Part shown: in pieces, positions 1 through 9,425 of the stretch
Position numbering within the stretch: position 1 is the stretch's first letter
How the letters are laid out: every line of letters begins with the position of its first letter
Assembly: GCA_045612525.1 (NCBI GenBank)
Contig: JAZKZF010000023.1
Span: 14,097-78,096, forward strand
Direction of reading: 5' to 3'
Source: Paludibacteraceae bacterium
GTDB taxonomy: Bacteria; Bacteroidota; Bacteroidia; Bacteroidales; Paludibacteraceae
Length of the DNA: 64,000 bases
Program-made: the position numbers and the translations under genes
Notes under the pieces: model-generated
The model's input: the letters and a program-made list of their open reading frames with translations, nothing else
Database searches by the model: none
What the model was told of the DNA's origin: nothing

Positions 1-1460
1 TAGGTGATAACGGACGTTTTGGCTACGACTATCGCATCAATATGATGAATGCTAAGATTTGGGCTCAAAACGAGTGGAGATGGAATAGCGTAGATTTGTA
101 CTATGCATTGCAATTCTCCTACTCATCTATCCAACGTACCACCGATATGTTGAACGGACGTGCATGGTACCTCGCAAAACTCAATCCAGATAACGCATGG
201 TACTATCTAGCAGATGATGCTGCTACCATCCTTGCAGGCGACTATAGTAAACTACCAAAGCGTTTGGTAGGTACCGGTCACCACTTTGTTGACCCTGCAT
301 TTAAAGTAGGTGCTACATACAAGATTGATGGTCGCAACCATATCAAGATCAATGCATTGGCAGAGACTAAGGCACCTCTTGGTCGTGATGCATATATCTC
401 ACCACGTGTACACGACCGTGCTACTGAAGCCATCTATCGTCACGATTATGCACGCTTTTACGCAGCACAAAATGGCACATCTTGGCTGCAAGAGTATTTC
501 GGTTCGAACCAAAAGATTGTAGGCGGTGATCTGACCTATTCTTTCAACTATCCTCTAGTACGTGGTCGTATCACTGGATTCTACACTCGTTTTTGGAATG
601 GTACAGAGTTGAATGGTTATTACGACGATGAGGCACGTACCTTTGTTAACCAATCACTGACAGGCATCAACCGTCGCCACTGTGGTGTGGAAGCTGCTGC
701 TGCTGTGAAATTGGGTCTTTACTTCACGCTGACAGGTGTGCTAAGTATCGGTGACTATCGCTACACAAGCAATGCGCTTGCTATCACATCTGCTGAGAAT
801 GGTATGGCATTGGCTGAGAATGCACAAGGTCCTATCTACGAGTTGCGTGATAGCGTATTGTTAGAAGGTTTGCGTGTTGCTACTGGCCCACAACTCAACA
901 CGAGTCTCAAGCTCAGTTTCTTCCACCCAGATATGTGGTTTGCTGATGTGACTGTCAATTACTTTGATTGGAATTATCTGGATTATGCTCCAGCTCGTCG
1001 TATGCAAGGTTTGTTTACCGGTGAGCGTGCTGATGGTAGCAAAGTAAATGGTTGGTATGGTGACACTTACACCAATGCCATCGAGAAAGTGGAAGGAGAA
1101 ATAGTCTATGATAACTACGGTGTGCCCGTATTGAAATATCCATACAACCAATTATCCAACCAAGAGATGCTCACTGCCAACAATCCACTCCATCGATTCT
1201 TGGTGGATGTGAGCGTAGGTAAACTGATTTACTTGCCTAATCGTCAGTCTATCTCTATTAACCTGACTGTAAATAACTTGCTGAACAATACTCATTTCAA
1301 GACGGGTGGTTATCAACAAGCTCGTTTGCCACGTCAAACACGTCAGGGTGTGGAAGACCATCAGAACTCAGTAATCAGTCCTAACGTATGGAAATTCCCT
1401 GCTAAGTACTACTATGCATGGGGAACAAACTTCTATCTCAATATCCAATATAAATTCTAA
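1..1460 (+). CDS. TonB-dependent outer-membrane receptor, C-terminal portion (5' end upstream of window)
   Basis: The frame is open from nt 3, with no stop before the listed ATG at 42. The long beta-strand-rich sequence ends NFYLNIQYKF, and a terminal Phe is typical of OM beta-barrels. A lipoprotein gene follows 5 nt downstream. Confidence 0.75.
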   Translation, partial: GDNGRFGYDYRINMMNAKIWAQNEWRWNSVDLYYALQFSYSSIQRTTDMLNGRAWYLAKLNPDNAWYYLADDAATILAGDYSKLPKRLVGTGHHFVDPAFKVGATYKIDGRNHIKINALAETKAPLGRDAYISPRVHDRATEAIYRHDYARFYAAQNGTSWLQEYFGSNQKIVGGDLTYSFNYPLVRGRITGFYTRFWNGTELNGYYDDEARTFVNQSLTGINRRHCGVEAAAAVKLGLYFTLTGVLSIGDYRYTSNALAITSAENGMALAENAQGPIYELRDSVLLEGLRVATGPQLNTSLKLSFFHPDMWFADVTVNYFDWNYLDYAPARRMQGLFTGERADGSKVNGWYGDTYTNAIEKVEGEIVYDNYGVPVLKYPYNQLSNQEMLTANNPLHRFLVDVSVGKLIYLPNRQSISINLTVNNLLNNTHFKTGGYQQARLPRQTRQGVEDHQNSVISPNVWKFPAKYYYAWGTNFYLNIQYKF

Positions 1461-1465
1461 GCAAT

Positions 1466-2578
1466 ATGAAAAAGATTCTATATATCGCCATCGTGGCATT
1501 GTGTGCATCTTGTACACCTCCTGCATTGGATGAGACTCAACTATTTCTCACCGACCAGCAGGCAGATCAACTCATTGCTCAGGGCACATTGCTTACCTTG
1601 CAAGAGTTTAAGGACACCTATATGACAGAGAAGGGTAACTACCTAAGCGATACGACGTTATATCGTACTCGTGCCACCAAAGATGGCAAGAATTACCTCT
1701 TCTCAATCGACACTATACCAGTAAGTGAGACACCTGTATATATTCGTGGTCGTGTCACTACAGACGACTACGCAGGTAACTTCTACAAAGCGATGTGTAT
1801 TCAGCAGATTGTAGATGGCGAGCAACAAGCATTGCGTCTGTCAGTGGATGCAGGTTCGATTGGTGGTTTGTACCAAATCGGTCAAGAACTCCTTATCCGT
1901 GTAGATGGTTTGGCTATAGGTCGCTATGCTAATCAACCACAACTCTGTTTGCCATCATACAACAACAATATCTATGCTAATAATGCAGAGCAGAAGATTG
2001 GTTGGGCTCCAGGTCGTATCCCTGTGGCTATCTTCAAGGCCCGCACCAGTTGCATCAATCATCCTGATGTAAGCAAATTGGTATATGACGAGTATCAAAT
2101 TGAAGAGTTTACTAAGGTGCTGAATCTGCAAGAGGCACGTAAGTGGGATGGAAAGTTGGTACGTGTAAAAGATGTGCATTATACGGGTGAATACTTTGAG
2201 TCGAATGGTTCGGTGAGCAAATGCTCTACGGGCGATCCAGAGGAGGATGGCAATGCCAATGTCTTTGCGCCTACAACGAATAATATAGGATATCCTCAGA
2301 GTCGTGTTATTGCCGATGCTAATGGAAAAAAGACTGCTGTCTCTGCTTCGGAATATGCTAAGTTTGCCTATTTCTATATCCCAGGTGCAGATCAAAATGG
2401 TATTGAGAATTGTTCTAAGTATGTGGGTGATGTGGTAGGTATCTTAGGTTTCTATAGCGATAATGCAAGGTATGATCCAGCTCCAGACGATTGGTCAATC
2501 TCTATTCGTTCGTTAGACGACTTGCAACTCTATGATGCCGAGGGTAATTTGTGGCCACGCAATGAGTACCAAAAATAA
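1466..2578 (+). CDS. putative lipoprotein partner of the TonB-dependent receptor
   Basis: 370 aa. The signal peptide ends VALCASC, which is lipobox-like. It is tightly linked to the receptor gene. The segment PVYIRGRVTTDDYAGNFYKAMCIQQ...LLIRVDGLAIGRY resembles OB-fold-like modules (inference only). Confidence 0.6.
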   Translation: MKKILYIAIVALCASCTPPALDETQLFLTDQQADQLIAQGTLLTLQEFKDTYMTEKGNYLSDTTLYRTRATKDGKNYLFSIDTIPVSETPVYIRGRVTTDDYAGNFYKAMCIQQIVDGEQQALRLSVDAGSIGGLYQIGQELLIRVDGLAIGRYANQPQLCLPSYNNNIYANNAEQKIGWAPGRIPVAIFKARTSCINHPDVSKLVYDEYQIEEFTKVLNLQEARKWDGKLVRVKDVHYTGEYFESNGSVSKCSTGDPEEDGNANVFAPTTNNIGYPQSRVIADANGKKTAVSASEYAKFAYFYIPGADQNGIENCSKYVGDVVGILGFYSDNARYDPAPDDWSISIRSLDDLQLYDAEGNLWPRNEYQK

Positions 2579-2620
2579 CTATAGTCTTTACATTATCGAT
2601 TCTATATTTTGAATTAGACT

Positions 2621-3145
2621 ATGAGTTGGCTAGATATAGTCATACTACTACCGCTCCTCATCGGGCTCGTAAGAGGCCTGATGAGGGGCTTTGTAGTAGA
2701 ACTCACCGCTATATTGGCGGTTGTGATAGGTTTTATAGGTACCAAGTTGTGGGGTAGTATCTTTTCCGTATGGCTTAGCGAGCAGTTTGCTTGGCCTGAG
2801 GCAGTATGTGTGGTGACAGCTTATGCCCTACTCTTCTTAGGCATTACTTTGCTGCTGAATATCCTAGCTAAGTTACTCTCCAAACTGTTTAAGGCAGTCA
2901 ACTTGGGATGGCTGAATCGTCTTTTTGGTGCTGTGTTTGGTATTGCCAAATGGGGTGTAATCATGCTCTTTGTGGTGTTATGCGTGCATCGTTTAGACCA
3001 GCAGTTTCATTACTTGAAAGACGATCTTAAGGAGCAATCTAGTATCTATACCTTGGTGGCTCCGTTGTCAGAAGAGGCATGGTTGTTGCTGAAAGCTCAA
3101 TCGCCATTATTACCCGATGTGGAGTTAGAGAAGAAGAGTGAGTAG
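2621..3145 (+). CDS. cvpA: CvpA family membrane protein
   Basis: 174 aa with multiple TM helices. The N-terminus MSWLDIVILLPLLIGLVRGLMRG is typical of the CvpA / colicin V production family. Confidence 0.75.
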   Translation: MSWLDIVILLPLLIGLVRGLMRGFVVELTAILAVVIGFIGTKLWGSIFSVWLSEQFAWPEAVCVVTAYALLFLGITLLLNILAKLLSKLFKAVNLGWLNRLFGAVFGIAKWGVIMLFVVLCVHRLDQQFHYLKDDLKEQSSIYTLVAPLSEEAWLLLKAQSPLLPDVELEKKSE

Positions 3146-3153
3146 CAGTTTTG

Positions 3154-4233
3154 CTAGTGCATTGTTATGTACTGTATGGGTTGTTCACGGCTATTCTCTA
3201 ACCCTCTGATTAGAAAATCAATTTTCCCAAAGTTAATCTTCTTTAAATCGATGCAGCGAATGGTTGCATTGTACATGGTACGGTAATATAAGCGCTGATT
3301 TTGCAAGTCGCTGACTATCGTTACTTGTGTAGCACTTGGCATATCGGGCATTATATCAGTGTTGCTGAACTGCAAGCCCAAGGGTATATCAAAGTTATTC
3401 ATTAGATGAAATGCCTGTGCAACCGTTTTCTCAGTAGTTTTCAGTCTTGGTGCAGTGGTTTGTAAGATAGCAGCACGGACGAATCTGCTAGGAGGAGTCA
3501 TATCACCTGGCAATCCGAGCAATCCGCTACCGCCTCCGAATGCCTCTAGTGTTAGCTCTCCTATCTCACGTTGAGGCACTGAACCTGGCATAAGATTGAC
3601 GTAGTTATTGAGGTTGGTGATATGCCATGTAAGTTCAGGAGAATTGGTCAGTACACCTAGTGGATTCTCGTGCACTTTTACCTCTTGATTGATAATCTCT
3701 ACAACGACTTGTCTGCCCGAAGGTTCGGTCACACGCCAGTGTACAGTAGAGGCACGTGGATCGATGCCAATCACTCGGATGGTAGGTAAGAGAGCAATCA
3801 TCTCGTCGATTGTAGCGCAGGTACTCAGAACCCATGCCACGAATTGCATATCGCTTACGCACATTGAGTTATCTTCCTCTTTGTATGGCATATATTCGCC
3901 ATATTGAGGGAAATAGAATAGTCCGGCACCTAAGCCAACTTCATTGATACCTTCCATCACAAAGGCATCGTCTTCAACAGCGATACCTACATAGCCGTAG
4001 TTGGCAACGAATTGTTTGCCATTGTTGGTACCATCGGGCAATAGGGAGTACTGCATTTTTCCTCGTGGCATGAGGACATACATGGTGGTGAGTGGTTGAG
4101 CCGCCCATTCGATGGTGCGTGCTGTGATGGGTTGATTACTTTGTGTTTGCAGTGTGATACCTGTACACGCATTTGCCTTGGGTAATGTGAAAACCCATGT
4201 CATCAAGATGATGAGAAAAAGTTTTGTTTTCAT
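3154..4233 (-). CDS. choloylglycine hydrolase family (Ntn linear amide C-N hydrolase; bile salt hydrolase / penicillin V acylase-like)
   Basis: 359 aa. A signal peptide (..PKANA) is followed immediately by Cys (CTGITL), the N-terminal nucleophile position of this family. Confidence 0.8.
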   Translation of the reverse strand: MKTKLFLIILMTWVFTLPKANACTGITLQTQSNQPITARTIEWAAQPLTTMYVLMPRGKMQYSLLPDGTNNGKQFVANYGYVGIAVEDDAFVMEGINEVGLGAGLFYFPQYGEYMPYKEEDNSMCVSDMQFVAWVLSTCATIDEMIALLPTIRVIGIDPRASTVHWRVTEPSGRQVVVEIINQEVKVHENPLGVLTNSPELTWHITNLNNYVNLMPGSVPQREIGELTLEAFGGGSGLLGLPGDMTPPSRFVRAAILQTTAPRLKTTEKTVAQAFHLMNNFDIPLGLQFSNTDIMPDMPSATQVTIVSDLQNQRLYYRTMYNATIRCIDLKKINFGKIDFLIRGLENSREQPIQYITMH

Positions 4234-4240
4234 AGTTGTA

Positions 4241-4277
4241 AGGTTTTAGGTTTAAGTTTTAAAGGTTAGGTTTGGGG
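4241..4277. repeat. short heptamer-type array (AGGTTTT AGGTTTA AGTTTTA AAGGTTA GGTTTGG) abutting the start codon of the hydrolase gene
   Basis: Read directly. It begins 8 nt from the ATG (complement of 4231-4233). Confidence 0.6.
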
Positions 4278-4430
4278 TAGAAAATATGAAGGGTATTTAT
4301 TTCCTGATACTCTCCCCAAGGTAGTATAGGCAAAATCTGTGCCAAAATAGTGTATTGGTCTAAATGCCATAAAATCTCGTATAAAAGTAAACTTTTATTC
4401 GAATTATTTGCGTATGTGCATTTTTTGTCG

Positions 4431-4438
4431 TACCTTTG
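4431..4438 (+). promoter_or_regulatory. Bacteroidota -7 promoter box TACCTTTG (TAnnTTTG) for tRNA-Gly / rnpB
   Basis: An exact TAnnTTTG match lies 11 nt upstream of the tRNA 5' end. Confidence 0.6.
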
Positions 4439-4448
4439 TAGCGAAATT

Positions 4449-4519
4449 GCGGCATTAGCACATCGGTAGTGCATCGGCTTCCCAAGCCGAGGAGGCGGGT
4501 TCGATTCCCGTATGCCGCT
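4449..4519 (+). tRNA. tRNA-Gly (anticodon CCC)
   Basis: Cloverleaf folded by hand. The acceptor is GCGGCAT/ATGCCGC, the D stem GCAC/GTGC, the anticodon stem TCGGC/GCCGA with loop TTCCCAA, and the T arm GCGGG-TTCGATT-CCCGT. It is 71 nt with no encoded CCA. Confidence 0.9.
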
Positions 4520-4523
4520 CTTG

Positions 4524-4554
4524 GTGAGGCGAGAGGCGAGAGGTTAGAGGCGGG
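4524..4554 (+). repeat. GAGGCGAGAGG / GGTTAGAGG array forming the tRNA-rnpB spacer
   Basis: The sequence is GTGAGGCGAGAGGCGAGAGGTTAGAGGCGGG. A 20-nt stretch (4533-4552) is identical to 10268-10287 inside sdaA. Confidence 0.7.
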
Positions 4555-4556
4555 AA

Positions 4557-4888
4557 TATATAGTGTATCGGTCTATCGCGGGATATGGGAAGAAAAGCGT
4601 ATTGCTTTAATCCCCTATTCCGAGGAAAGTCCGGGCAGCGTAGAGCACCACCGCGGTTAATGGCCGTCAGGCAGTGATGTTTGGTCCCTGCAAAAGAGAC
4701 GAGTAATCCTTAGGGAGGAAGTGATACGAGCATACGGTGGGCTGCAATTCCAAGTATACCGACGTTAGAGCGCTGCTCGCGCGAGTTGGAGGGTAGGAAG
4801 CGATAGAAGCATGTAGCAATACATTGCTCAAGATTAATGGTAGACGCCCTTATAGGGTACAGAACCCGGCTTATAGGTACACTATATA
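4557..4888 (+). ncRNA. rnpB: RNase P RNA, bacterial type A
   Basis: It carries the universal conserved regions GAGGAAAGTCCGGGC (4622-4636) and ACAGAACCCGGCTTA (4859-4873). The 5' TATATAGTGTA pairs with the 3' TACACTATATA (P1), and a T-run follows. The ends are approximate. Confidence 0.9.
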
Positions 4889-4931
4889 TTTTTATTAAGA
4901 TAAGTAATAAAAGAATAATCATAAAAAAGAC

Positions 4932-6776
4932 ATGAAAAAACTGTTGTTAATGTTTGCGCTACTATGTGCAATTAGTTTATCGGCTAAGCCTCGCATCGAT
5001 CGAGCAGAGCCATTGTGCTGGTGGGTGGATATGCAATGTGAATTGACATTATTGTTGCATGGTGAGGATTTATCAGATGCCGAGGTGCATATCAGTCAGT
5101 TGCATAATGGTAAGGTGATGAAAGGTGCTTGCACAGGTTTGGTAGTGAAGGGTCAGCACAATGCTGAGAGCAAGAACTATCTGTTTGTGGATCTGGATGT
5201 GAAAGAGGCGGGTGATTATCGTATTACGCTGAAGAAGGGTAAGCGTAGTACAAGCGTGGATTATAGTATCTATACTCGTCGTGATGGCAGTCGTGAGCGC
5301 GAAGGATTTAGTTCGAAGGATATGATTTACCTGATCATGTCGGATCGATTTGTTGACGGTGATGCGAGCAACAACACGCTGGCAGAGATGGCAGAGGCAG
5401 CAGATAAGAGCAATGTACATGGACGTTTTGGTGGTGATATACAGGGTATCATCAATAGTTTAGACCATATCGCATCGTTGGGTGCAACAGCCATTTGGCC
5501 TACTCCACTCTTGGAGGACAACGAGGCAGCGTGGTCATATCATGGTTATGCATGTTCGGATTATTACCATATTGATCCTCGCTACGGCAGCAACGAGATG
5601 TATTGTGAGTTGGTGGAGAAGGCGCATGAGAAGGGGATAAAGATGATTATGGATATGGTGCCTAATCACTGTGGTGGTACACATTGGTGGATGAAGGATC
5701 TTCCTTACCAAGATTGGATCAACCAATTTGATGAGTTTACCAATACCCACAACGTATTTTCTGCTAACTACGATATCAACGCATCTGAGTTTGATCGTAA
5801 GCTCTCCAACCGTGGTTGGTTCGACCGTCCAATGCCAGATATGAATCTGGAGAATACAGACCTACTGCAATACTTCAAGCAATGGGCGATATGGTGGATT
5901 GAATATGCCAATCTCGACGGTTTGCGTGTGGATACCTATCCATATATAGAGATGATACCAGGTAGCGAATGGGTAAAGGCGATAATGGATGAGTACCCTA
6001 ATCTGAATATCGTGGGTGAGTGTTGGACTCGTCCTACTCCTGCGGTAGCGTATTGGCAGTCGGGTGTGAAGAACCACAATGGTTTTGATAGTCATTTGCG
6101 TAGTGTAATGGACTTCCCGTTAGAAGAAGCTATCCGTCAAGCGTTGGAGAGCAATAACCAAGGTTGGGGCGGTGGTTTGACCCGCGTATATGATGTGCTG
6201 ACGATGGACTATATGTATGCTGATGTAAATAATATCCTGATTATGCTAGGCAACCACGATATGGATCGTATCACCGATGTTGTGAAAGACCAAGATCCTC
6301 GTCGTGTGAAATTAGCAACGGCATTATTGGCCACTATGCGTGGTATACCTCAGGTATTCTATGGCGATGAGTATGGTATGACATCTGCTGACCGTTCTTT
6401 GGGTCACTCTACCCTACGCATGCCATTGCCATTGGGTGAGCAAGTCACTGCCGCACAGCAAGATATGTTTGATTACCAAAGTAGATTATTTCAATGGCGC
6501 AAGGGCGAGGAAGTGATTCACACGGGTCGTACAATGCACTTTATGAGCCGTGATAATACGTACGGCTTCTTCCGTTATAATGATAATGAGGCAGTATTCG
6601 TATTTGCCAATGCAAGTGAAGACAGTCGCACTATACCTACTGGTAACTATGTGGAATTGCTTAGCCAATATAATCCTGTGGGCGTAGATGTGATGACAGG
6701 TAAGACATATGACCTTAGTCAGAGAGATATCGTAGTAGAACCACTATCTACGTTGATTGTGAAACTGCAAAAATAG
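4932..6776 (+). CDS. glycoside hydrolase family 13 (cyclomaltodextrinase / neopullulanase-like alpha-amylase), secreted
   Basis: 614 aa with a signal peptide. GH13 conserved regions DMVPNH, GLRVDTYPY, VGECW and LGNHDMDR are present. Confidence 0.9.
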   Translation: MKKLLLMFALLCAISLSAKPRIDRAEPLCWWVDMQCELTLLLHGEDLSDAEVHISQLHNGKVMKGACTGLVVKGQHNAESKNYLFVDLDVKEAGDYRITLKKGKRSTSVDYSIYTRRDGSREREGFSSKDMIYLIMSDRFVDGDASNNTLAEMAEAADKSNVHGRFGGDIQGIINSLDHIASLGATAIWPTPLLEDNEAAWSYHGYACSDYYHIDPRYGSNEMYCELVEKAHEKGIKMIMDMVPNHCGGTHWWMKDLPYQDWINQFDEFTNTHNVFSANYDINASEFDRKLSNRGWFDRPMPDMNLENTDLLQYFKQWAIWWIEYANLDGLRVDTYPYIEMIPGSEWVKAIMDEYPNLNIVGECWTRPTPAVAYWQSGVKNHNGFDSHLRSVMDFPLEEAIRQALESNNQGWGGGLTRVYDVLTMDYMYADVNNILIMLGNHDMDRITDVVKDQDPRRVKLATALLATMRGIPQVFYGDEYGMTSADRSLGHSTLRMPLPLGEQVTAAQQDMFDYQSRLFQWRKGEEVIHTGRTMHFMSRDNTYGFFRYNDNEAVFVFANASEDSRTIPTGNYVELLSQYNPVGVDVMTGKTYDLSQRDIVVEPLSTLIVKLQK

Positions 6777-6883
6777 TGAGCCCTTTGTATTGGGAAAAGA
6801 CACAAAAATAAGCAATGGTAAGATGGTGGGGGTATATGCCCTCACCATTGCCATAGTAGTGGATTATTAGTAATAGATAAGAT

Positions 6884-7270
6884 ATGTGCGAGCGCAAATC
6901 AACCATAGCCGGTTTAGCGAAAGGAGTGTATAAGGATAGAGGCAGCAAGTTTCTAGCTTTTGCCGAGCCCATCAATGATGAGGATGAGGCAAAAGCACGT
7001 ATAGCTTGGTATAAAAAGAAGTACCACGATGCTCGCCATGTCTGCTATGCCTATCGACTAGGCGAAAACCTTTGGCGCACGAAAGATGATGGCGAACCCC
7101 ATGGTACGGCGGGTATGCCTATTCTTCGCAGCATTGATGCGCAACAATTGGACAATATCTTGGTAGTGGTAGTGAGGTATTTCGGTGGAACACTACTAGG
7201 TACTGGTGGGTTGATGGTAGCTTATCGAGAGGCGACGAAAGAGGCGTTGAAGGATGCGATGAGGGTATAG
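6884..7270 (+). CDS. IMPACT/YigZ family protein, N-terminal domain only
   Basis: 128 aa with motifs [23 protein letters not shown] and [15 protein letters not shown]. It lacks the C-terminal domain of full-length YigZ. Confidence 0.7.
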   Translation: MCERKSTIAGLAKGVYKDRGSKFLAFAEPINDEDEAKARIAWYKKKYHDARHVCYAYRLGENLWRTKDDGEPHGTAGMPILRSIDAQQLDNILVVVVRYFGGTLLGTGGLMVAYREATKEALKDAMRV

Positions 7271-7364
7271 GTGAAAGGTGAAAGGTGAAAGGTGAAAGGT
7301 GAAAAGTGAAAGGTGAAAGGTGAAAGGTGAAAAGTGAAAGGTGAAAAGTGAAAGGTGAGAGGTT
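7271..7364 (+). repeat. 13 tandem heptamers (9x GTGAAAG, 3x GTGAAAA, 1x GTGAGAG) plus GTT, filling the whole spacer
   Basis: Counted base by base. The array runs from the TAG stop (7268-7270) to the coaD ATG (7365). Confidence 0.95.
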
Positions 7365-7811
7365 ATGAAGATAGCAATATTTCCAGGAAGTTTTGATCCA
7401 TTTACGATAGGACACTATGACATCGTGATGCGTGGATTGGAGTTGTTTGATGAAGTAATCATCGGCATAGGTCGCAATGGTACGAAACAAGCCACGTTCC
7501 CCCTTGAGGAGCGTCTATCGGCCATCCAGCGTGTGTTTGAACATGAACCACGTGTGCGCACAATCCTATATCGTGGATTAACAGTGGATTTTGCCACAGA
7601 GTGCGGTGCACAATTTATTTTGCGTGGTGTGCGGTCGGTACAAGACTTTGAATATGAGCGCAGCATGGCCGAGGCCAATAAGCAGTTGAGCGGCATAGAA
7701 ACAGTGTTGCTATATACAAGGCCGGAGTATGCGCATATATCCTCCACCCTAGTGCGTGATTTGTACGCCCATCATAGAGATATAAAACAATATTTACCTC
7801 CAGTAAGATGA
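7365..7811 (+). CDS. coaD: phosphopantetheine adenylyltransferase
   Basis: 148 aa. The N-terminus is [21 protein letters not shown] (HxGH-type nucleotidyltransferase motif), and ISSTLVR lies near the C-terminus. Confidence 0.95.
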   Translation: MKIAIFPGSFDPFTIGHYDIVMRGLELFDEVIIGIGRNGTKQATFPLEERLSAIQRVFEHEPRVRTILYRGLTVDFATECGAQFILRGVRSVQDFEYERSMAEANKQLSGIETVLLYTRPEYAHISSTLVRDLYAHHRDIKQYLPPVR

Positions 7812-9364
7812 TGAAACGATATTTTGTGATCATATCCGTGTGGGTATTCGCATCTGCATTACTAGCAGAGTCGGCAACTGCTCGTATTGATAAAAACCTG
7901 ACCATCTATACGGATGTGATGCGTCAGTTGGATATCAACTATGTAGATACGCTGAACTACGATGACCTGATAGAAACGAGCATCAATCAGATGCTGCGCA
8001 AGGTGGACCCATATACGTTGTATATTCCGAAGAGTGAGGATGATGAATTGCGTCGTATAACGCAGGGTAAGTATGGTGGTGTTGGTTCGCTGATCATGTA
8101 TCGCGACAGCAATGTGTATGTGAGTGAGTTGTACGAGGGTATGCCTGCTCAGTTGGCAGGTTTGTTGCCCGGTGACCGCTTTGTAAAAGTGGATGGTGTA
8201 GACTGCGAGGGTAAGAACACAAAGGAGGTGTCAGATTGCTTGCGTGGAAAGCCAGGTACTACGATTAGTTTGGTAGTGGAGCGTGATGGTGAGTTGCTGA
8301 CAAAGGAGGTGACTAGACGCGATATTCACTTGCCTGCAGTGGGATGTGCTACGGTACTGGAAGACTCGATAGGTTATATCTTCTTTAATGAGTTTACGAG
8401 CAATTCGTCACAAGAGTTCTTGGTGGCATTGGATGCGATGGTGCAATCTAACGGGATTAAGCGATTGATAATTGATTTGCGCGGTAATGGTGGTGGTTTG
8501 ATAGACGAGGCAATACAGATCGTGGGATACTTCGTGCCACGTGATACAGAGGTGGTGTCGACGAAGGGTAAAACAGAACGCAGTAATCGTTCGTATAAGA
8601 CTCAGACGTCGCCTATCTTCCCGGATATGCCATTGGTGGTATTGGTAAACGACCAGTCGGCTTCGGCGTCGGAGATAGTGGCAGGTTCGTTGCAAGACTT
8701 GGGTCGTGCTACGATAGTGGGTGAGCGTACGTTTGGCAAGGGTTTGGTGCAGAATATCCGTCCGATAGCATATGGTGGTCATCTAAAAATAACGACAGCC
8801 AAATACTATCTGCCTTCGGGTAGATGTATCCAAGCCATAGACTATGCAGAGCGTCAACGTGGTCATGCATTGCATCGTGATACAGCAGGCGGTATATTGC
8901 CAGATGTGGTACTGACGGATTCGCAGAAGTTGGATATCACGTATAACCTATATCGTGACCATCTGTTTTTTGATTACGCCACTCGCTACTACAAGGAGCA
9001 TGACTCGATAGCGTTGGCAGGTGAGTTTAGGTTGACAGATAGCGATATCGAGGCATTTTGCCAATATCTGGATGAGAAAGAGTTTAGTTATGAGACAGAG
9101 ACGGGTCGCTACTTGGGTGAGCTGATAGATATGGCCAAGCAGGAAGATATCGACTCGACGCTGCTAGCGGAGTTGGAGGCGTTTAAGCCGAGATTGACAG
9201 AGGATTATCGTGCTGCTATCGTTCGTAATAGAAGCGAGGTGGAGCAGTTGTTAGGTGGTGAGATCGTGAAGCGGTACTATTATCATCGTGGTTACTACGA
9301 ATATCTATTGCGCTACGATAAAGATGTGAAGCGTGCAGTGGAAGTGGTTGCTGCCCAAGAATAA
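7808..9364 (+). CDS. S41 family C-terminal processing peptidase with PDZ domain
   Basis: 518 aa with a signal peptide. Motifs DLRGNGGG, SASASEIVAGSLQD and GERTFGKG are present. There is a 4-nt ATGA overlap with coaD. Confidence 0.88.
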   Translation: MMKRYFVIISVWVFASALLAESATARIDKNLTIYTDVMRQLDINYVDTLNYDDLIETSINQMLRKVDPYTLYIPKSEDDELRRITQGKYGGVGSLIMYRDSNVYVSELYEGMPAQLAGLLPGDRFVKVDGVDCEGKNTKEVSDCLRGKPGTTISLVVERDGELLTKEVTRRDIHLPAVGCATVLEDSIGYIFFNEFTSNSSQEFLVALDAMVQSNGIKRLIIDLRGNGGGLIDEAIQIVGYFVPRDTEVVSTKGKTERSNRSYKTQTSPIFPDMPLVVLVNDQSASASEIVAGSLQDLGRATIVGERTFGKGLVQNIRPIAYGGHLKITTAKYYLPSGRCIQAIDYAERQRGHALHRDTAGGILPDVVLTDSQKLDITYNLYRDHLFFDYATRYYKEHDSIALAGEFRLTDSDIEAFCQYLDEKEFSYETETGRYLGELIDMAKQEDIDSTLLAELEAFKPRLTEDYRAAIVRNRSEVEQLLGGEIVKRYYYHRGYYEYLLRYDKDVKRAVEVVAAQE

Positions 9365-9401
9365 AAAAGAGTGACCACCCACGAATATCATGGATGGCCA
9401 C
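9362..9401 (-). terminator. intrinsic terminator of sdaA
   Basis: On the minus strand, GTGGCCATCCA-loop-TGGGTGGTCAC forms a stem whose two non-Watson-Crick positions are G-U pairs in this orientation. CTCTTTTTTAT follows. Confidence 0.6.
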
Positions 9402-9425
9402 AGAATTATATATTGCTGAAAATGT

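Noticed and set aside
4469-4922. ORFs 4469-4660 (plus) and 4710-4922 (minus)
   Set aside because: They overlap the tRNA-Gly 3' part and the RNase P RNA, both of which are supported by strong structural and sequence signatures.
6812-6851. Hairpin GCAATGGT...ACCATTGC after the GH13 gene as an intrinsic terminator
   Set aside because: The loop is large and imperfect and no T-run follows. The evidence is too weak to annotate it.
7271-7364. CRISPR array interpretation of the tandem arrays (also at 16038-16124, 17205-17429, 45786-45851)
   Set aside because: The units are 7-11 nt and directly contiguous, with no unique spacers. No cas genes or leader are present in the window.
7119-7490. 123-aa minus-strand ORF with reiterated SPFTFHL peptides
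   Set aside because: It is simply the translation of the heptamer array on the opposite strand. It also overlaps the coaD start and the YigZ-like gene end, and has no start context or family resemblance.
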